Below are positions 62,457-64,000 of a stretch of DNA of 64,000 bases, piece after piece (the first letter of the stretch is position 1; each line of letters begins with the position of its first letter). The notes under the pieces are model-generated. The model worked only from the letters and a program-made list of their open reading frames with translations. It searched no databases and was not told the origin of the DNA. The translations under genes and the position numbers were made by a program. The stretch spans positions 401,875 to 465,874 of the forward strand of contig CAWJSK010000015.1 of assembly GCA_963845535.1 (NCBI GenBank). Reading direction: 5' to 3'. This DNA is from an uncultured Spirochaetota bacterium. Its GTDB lineage: Bacteria > Spirochaetota > Spirochaetia > SZUA-6 > Fen-1364.

Positions 62457-62834
62457 TCAATAGAGTACTCCCGGCCTCGCGAGCGACTTCCAGTTTACAA
62501 ACAAAGTAAGATTGTGTCTTGGCATGACGAAAGTAGCGCCTGGATAATAGGTGGTTCCACTGCCATCGGCCTTTGTATTCCATCCATCAAATACACAACC
62601 GGGCATTCCATGTTGCGATGGTATTTCCAGATCGTTCTGGGGATACTTACCCAAAGGCGGAGGGGCGGGAATCGTAACGGTAGAGCCTGCCCGATAGGTG
62701 TTGGTGTCTACCGGCACAGTTCCAGTATAGGTGAGAGCATTGGGGTCGTAGGTGACTGTATATCCCTGTTGAGCATTCAAACACCCTACAAAGGAAATTG
62801 CAAATATAGAGACAAAGACGAGTTTCATAGTCAT
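62457..62834 (-). CDS. Secreted protein or lipoprotein with one InlB B-repeat (Listeria-Bacteroides repeat)
   Basis: YTVTYDPN, GTVPVD, FDGWNTKADGSGTTY, LTLFVNW. Confidence 0.8.
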   Translation of the reverse strand: MTMKLVFVSIFAISFVGCLNAQQGYTVTYDPNALTYTGTVPVDTNTYRAGSTVTIPAPPPLGKYPQNDLEIPSQHGMPGCVFDGWNTKADGSGTTYYPGATFVMPRHNLTLFVNWKSLARPGVLY

Positions 62835-62852
62835 TGTACGTCCCTGGCGGCA

Positions 62853-63413
62853 CTAGCGAATATAGGAAACAAGGTTTTCCTTCCTGGGCGGTGAAAGACT
62901 AACGTCCGGCAGTTTATACCCTAAAGTGATCCCAATATGCGGGACATATCCCACAGGAGCCTCAAGCTCGCTCGCATAAAGAGATGCATTTGCGCTAAAA
63001 GCAAGAATCGCAACCATTCCAATCCAGCAAGAGCCGATTCCCAATGACTCTGCGGCAAGAAGCATGTTTTCGGTTGCCGCTGCACAATTTATTACTCCAA
63101 AGCTATCCCTTTTGTCAGAAGAGACCACAATCACCGTTGGTGCATTCCGGAAGATGCTCGTCGCACCTTTCTCCGTGACTTCTTGTAGGTTGGCAGTTCC
63201 ACTTTTGCTTATTTCGTCAAGAATCCACGAATTGACTTTCGCAATCATCGTCTTATTCTGAATAACTGTGAAATGCCAGCTTTGAGAATCGTTCGCACTC
63301 GGTGCGCAAAGTCCGGCCTCAACAATCGCATCAAGCTCTTCTTTGTTGGTCTGTTCATCTTTGAAAAGACGAGTGCTTCGCCTGTTATGGATTACTGTCA
63401 GGGTCTCGTTCAT
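62853..63413 (-). CDS. Nitroreductase family protein
   Basis: IHNRRSTR.F, APSANDSQSW, LAAESLGIGSCWIG. Confidence 0.92.
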   Translation of the reverse strand: MNETLTVIHNRRSTRLFKDEQTNKEELDAIVEAGLCAPSANDSQSWHFTVIQNKTMIAKVNSWILDEISKSGTANLQEVTEKGATSIFRNAPTVIVVSSDKRDSFGVINCAAATENMLLAAESLGIGSCWIGMVAILAFSANASLYASELEAPVGYVPHIGITLGYKLPDVSLSPPRKENLVSYIR

Positions 63414-63638
63414 ATCCCTCATTCTTTGATTCTCCTTTTATGCCGTGTCGTCGTCAAAGAGAAGCAAAGGCCCTGCCGGTTGAAACTTGAAAATCCCACA
63501 GCGATATCTACCCGAACTTTGGCAGGAACTATTGCCTCTTTCTGCCGCGACCAGAACTGTTCAGGAAAGGGAGGTCATTTGCGACGATTTTGCGTACCTT
63601 CGTATCGGGGTAGTCGCCTCCTTCACGGCTTCAAGGCG

Positions 63639-63956
63639 CTACCATGCATGAACGATAAGAAACCATACTGCGATACCAACAATGGCTCCAAGAAGCATCG
63701 TAGCTTTTTCCTCTAATACTCTCTTTTCTGGCTGCGGCTTTCTTCCCAACACTCTTTGGGCAAGCCAGCCAAGGTCAGTAGCCAACTCTACCAAGCTCGT
63801 TACAAGCGCCACAGCCGCAACGATCCAAAACAAGCTTCTTGGCACTCTGCCGGTGAGCAGTATGGAACCTACCAAGAGACCAACCAGGGTTGCAACGAAG
63901 AATACGACAATATGACCTGTCAATAAGAATGCGAAAGGCGTCTTGATACCGGTCAA
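63639..63956 (-). CDS. Hypothetical membrane protein
   Basis: Three hydrophobic segments; start uncertain near the window edge. Confidence 0.5.
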   Translation of the reverse strand: MTGIKTPFAFLLTGHIVVFFVATLVGLLVGSILLTGRVPRSLFWIVAAVALVTSLVELATDLGWLAQRVLGRKPQPEKRVLEEKATMLLGAIVGIAVWFLIVHAW

Positions 63957-64000
63957 AATTCTTGCGCCCCACTTTGTAGGGGATATGCTCCAAGGAATTC

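Larger units (their letters stand above)
29385..64000. mobile_element. Decaying integrated accessory island; right end not seen
   Basis: Abrupt GC drop at about 29385, recombinase as first gene, multiple IS elements and pseudogenes. Confidence 0.7.

Noticed and set aside
29385..64000. Intact prophage or conjugative element
   Set aside because: No structural, terminase, relaxase or T4SS genes seen in this window

Overview
The window has two halves. Bases 1 to about 29.38 kb are GC-rich chromosomal backbone; an SBP N-terminus of the FAGGAKEG type suggests a spirochaete host (inference). The backbone carries an arabinofuranosidase locus (ABC permease, GH51, GH127, two AraC regulators, glycerate kinase) and a divergent sugar cluster resembling the transketolase route for D-apiose (SBP, ABC, DUF2291, split transketolase, DeoR, fucose-isomerase-family protein, FGGY kinase). 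It also has an aminotransferase/atypical transketolase pair and a coupled three-gene operon: membrane GGDEF, TPR/SLOG-like/class III nucleotide cyclase, and a TIR domain fused to a ~200-aa histone H1-like basic region. That operon is the best candidate for an undescribed nucleotide-signalling or defence system. From about 29.39 kb to the end, composition shifts abruptly to more AT-rich DNA. This accessory island opens with a large serine recombinase that can be rebuilt in frame after removing two IS elements, one nonsense codon and one frameshift. The rest is small cassette-like genes, pseudogenes, four intact IS elements (one ISNCY-type, two IS630, one IS3), IS1380 and IS110 remnants, paralog pairs, a 40-bp direct repeat and a duplicated ~120-bp structured element that looks like a small RNA gene. 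No rRNA, tRNA or CRISPR array was seen. All family calls come from motif recognition by eye, not database searches. Several frameshifts lie in homopolymers and may be sequencing errors.
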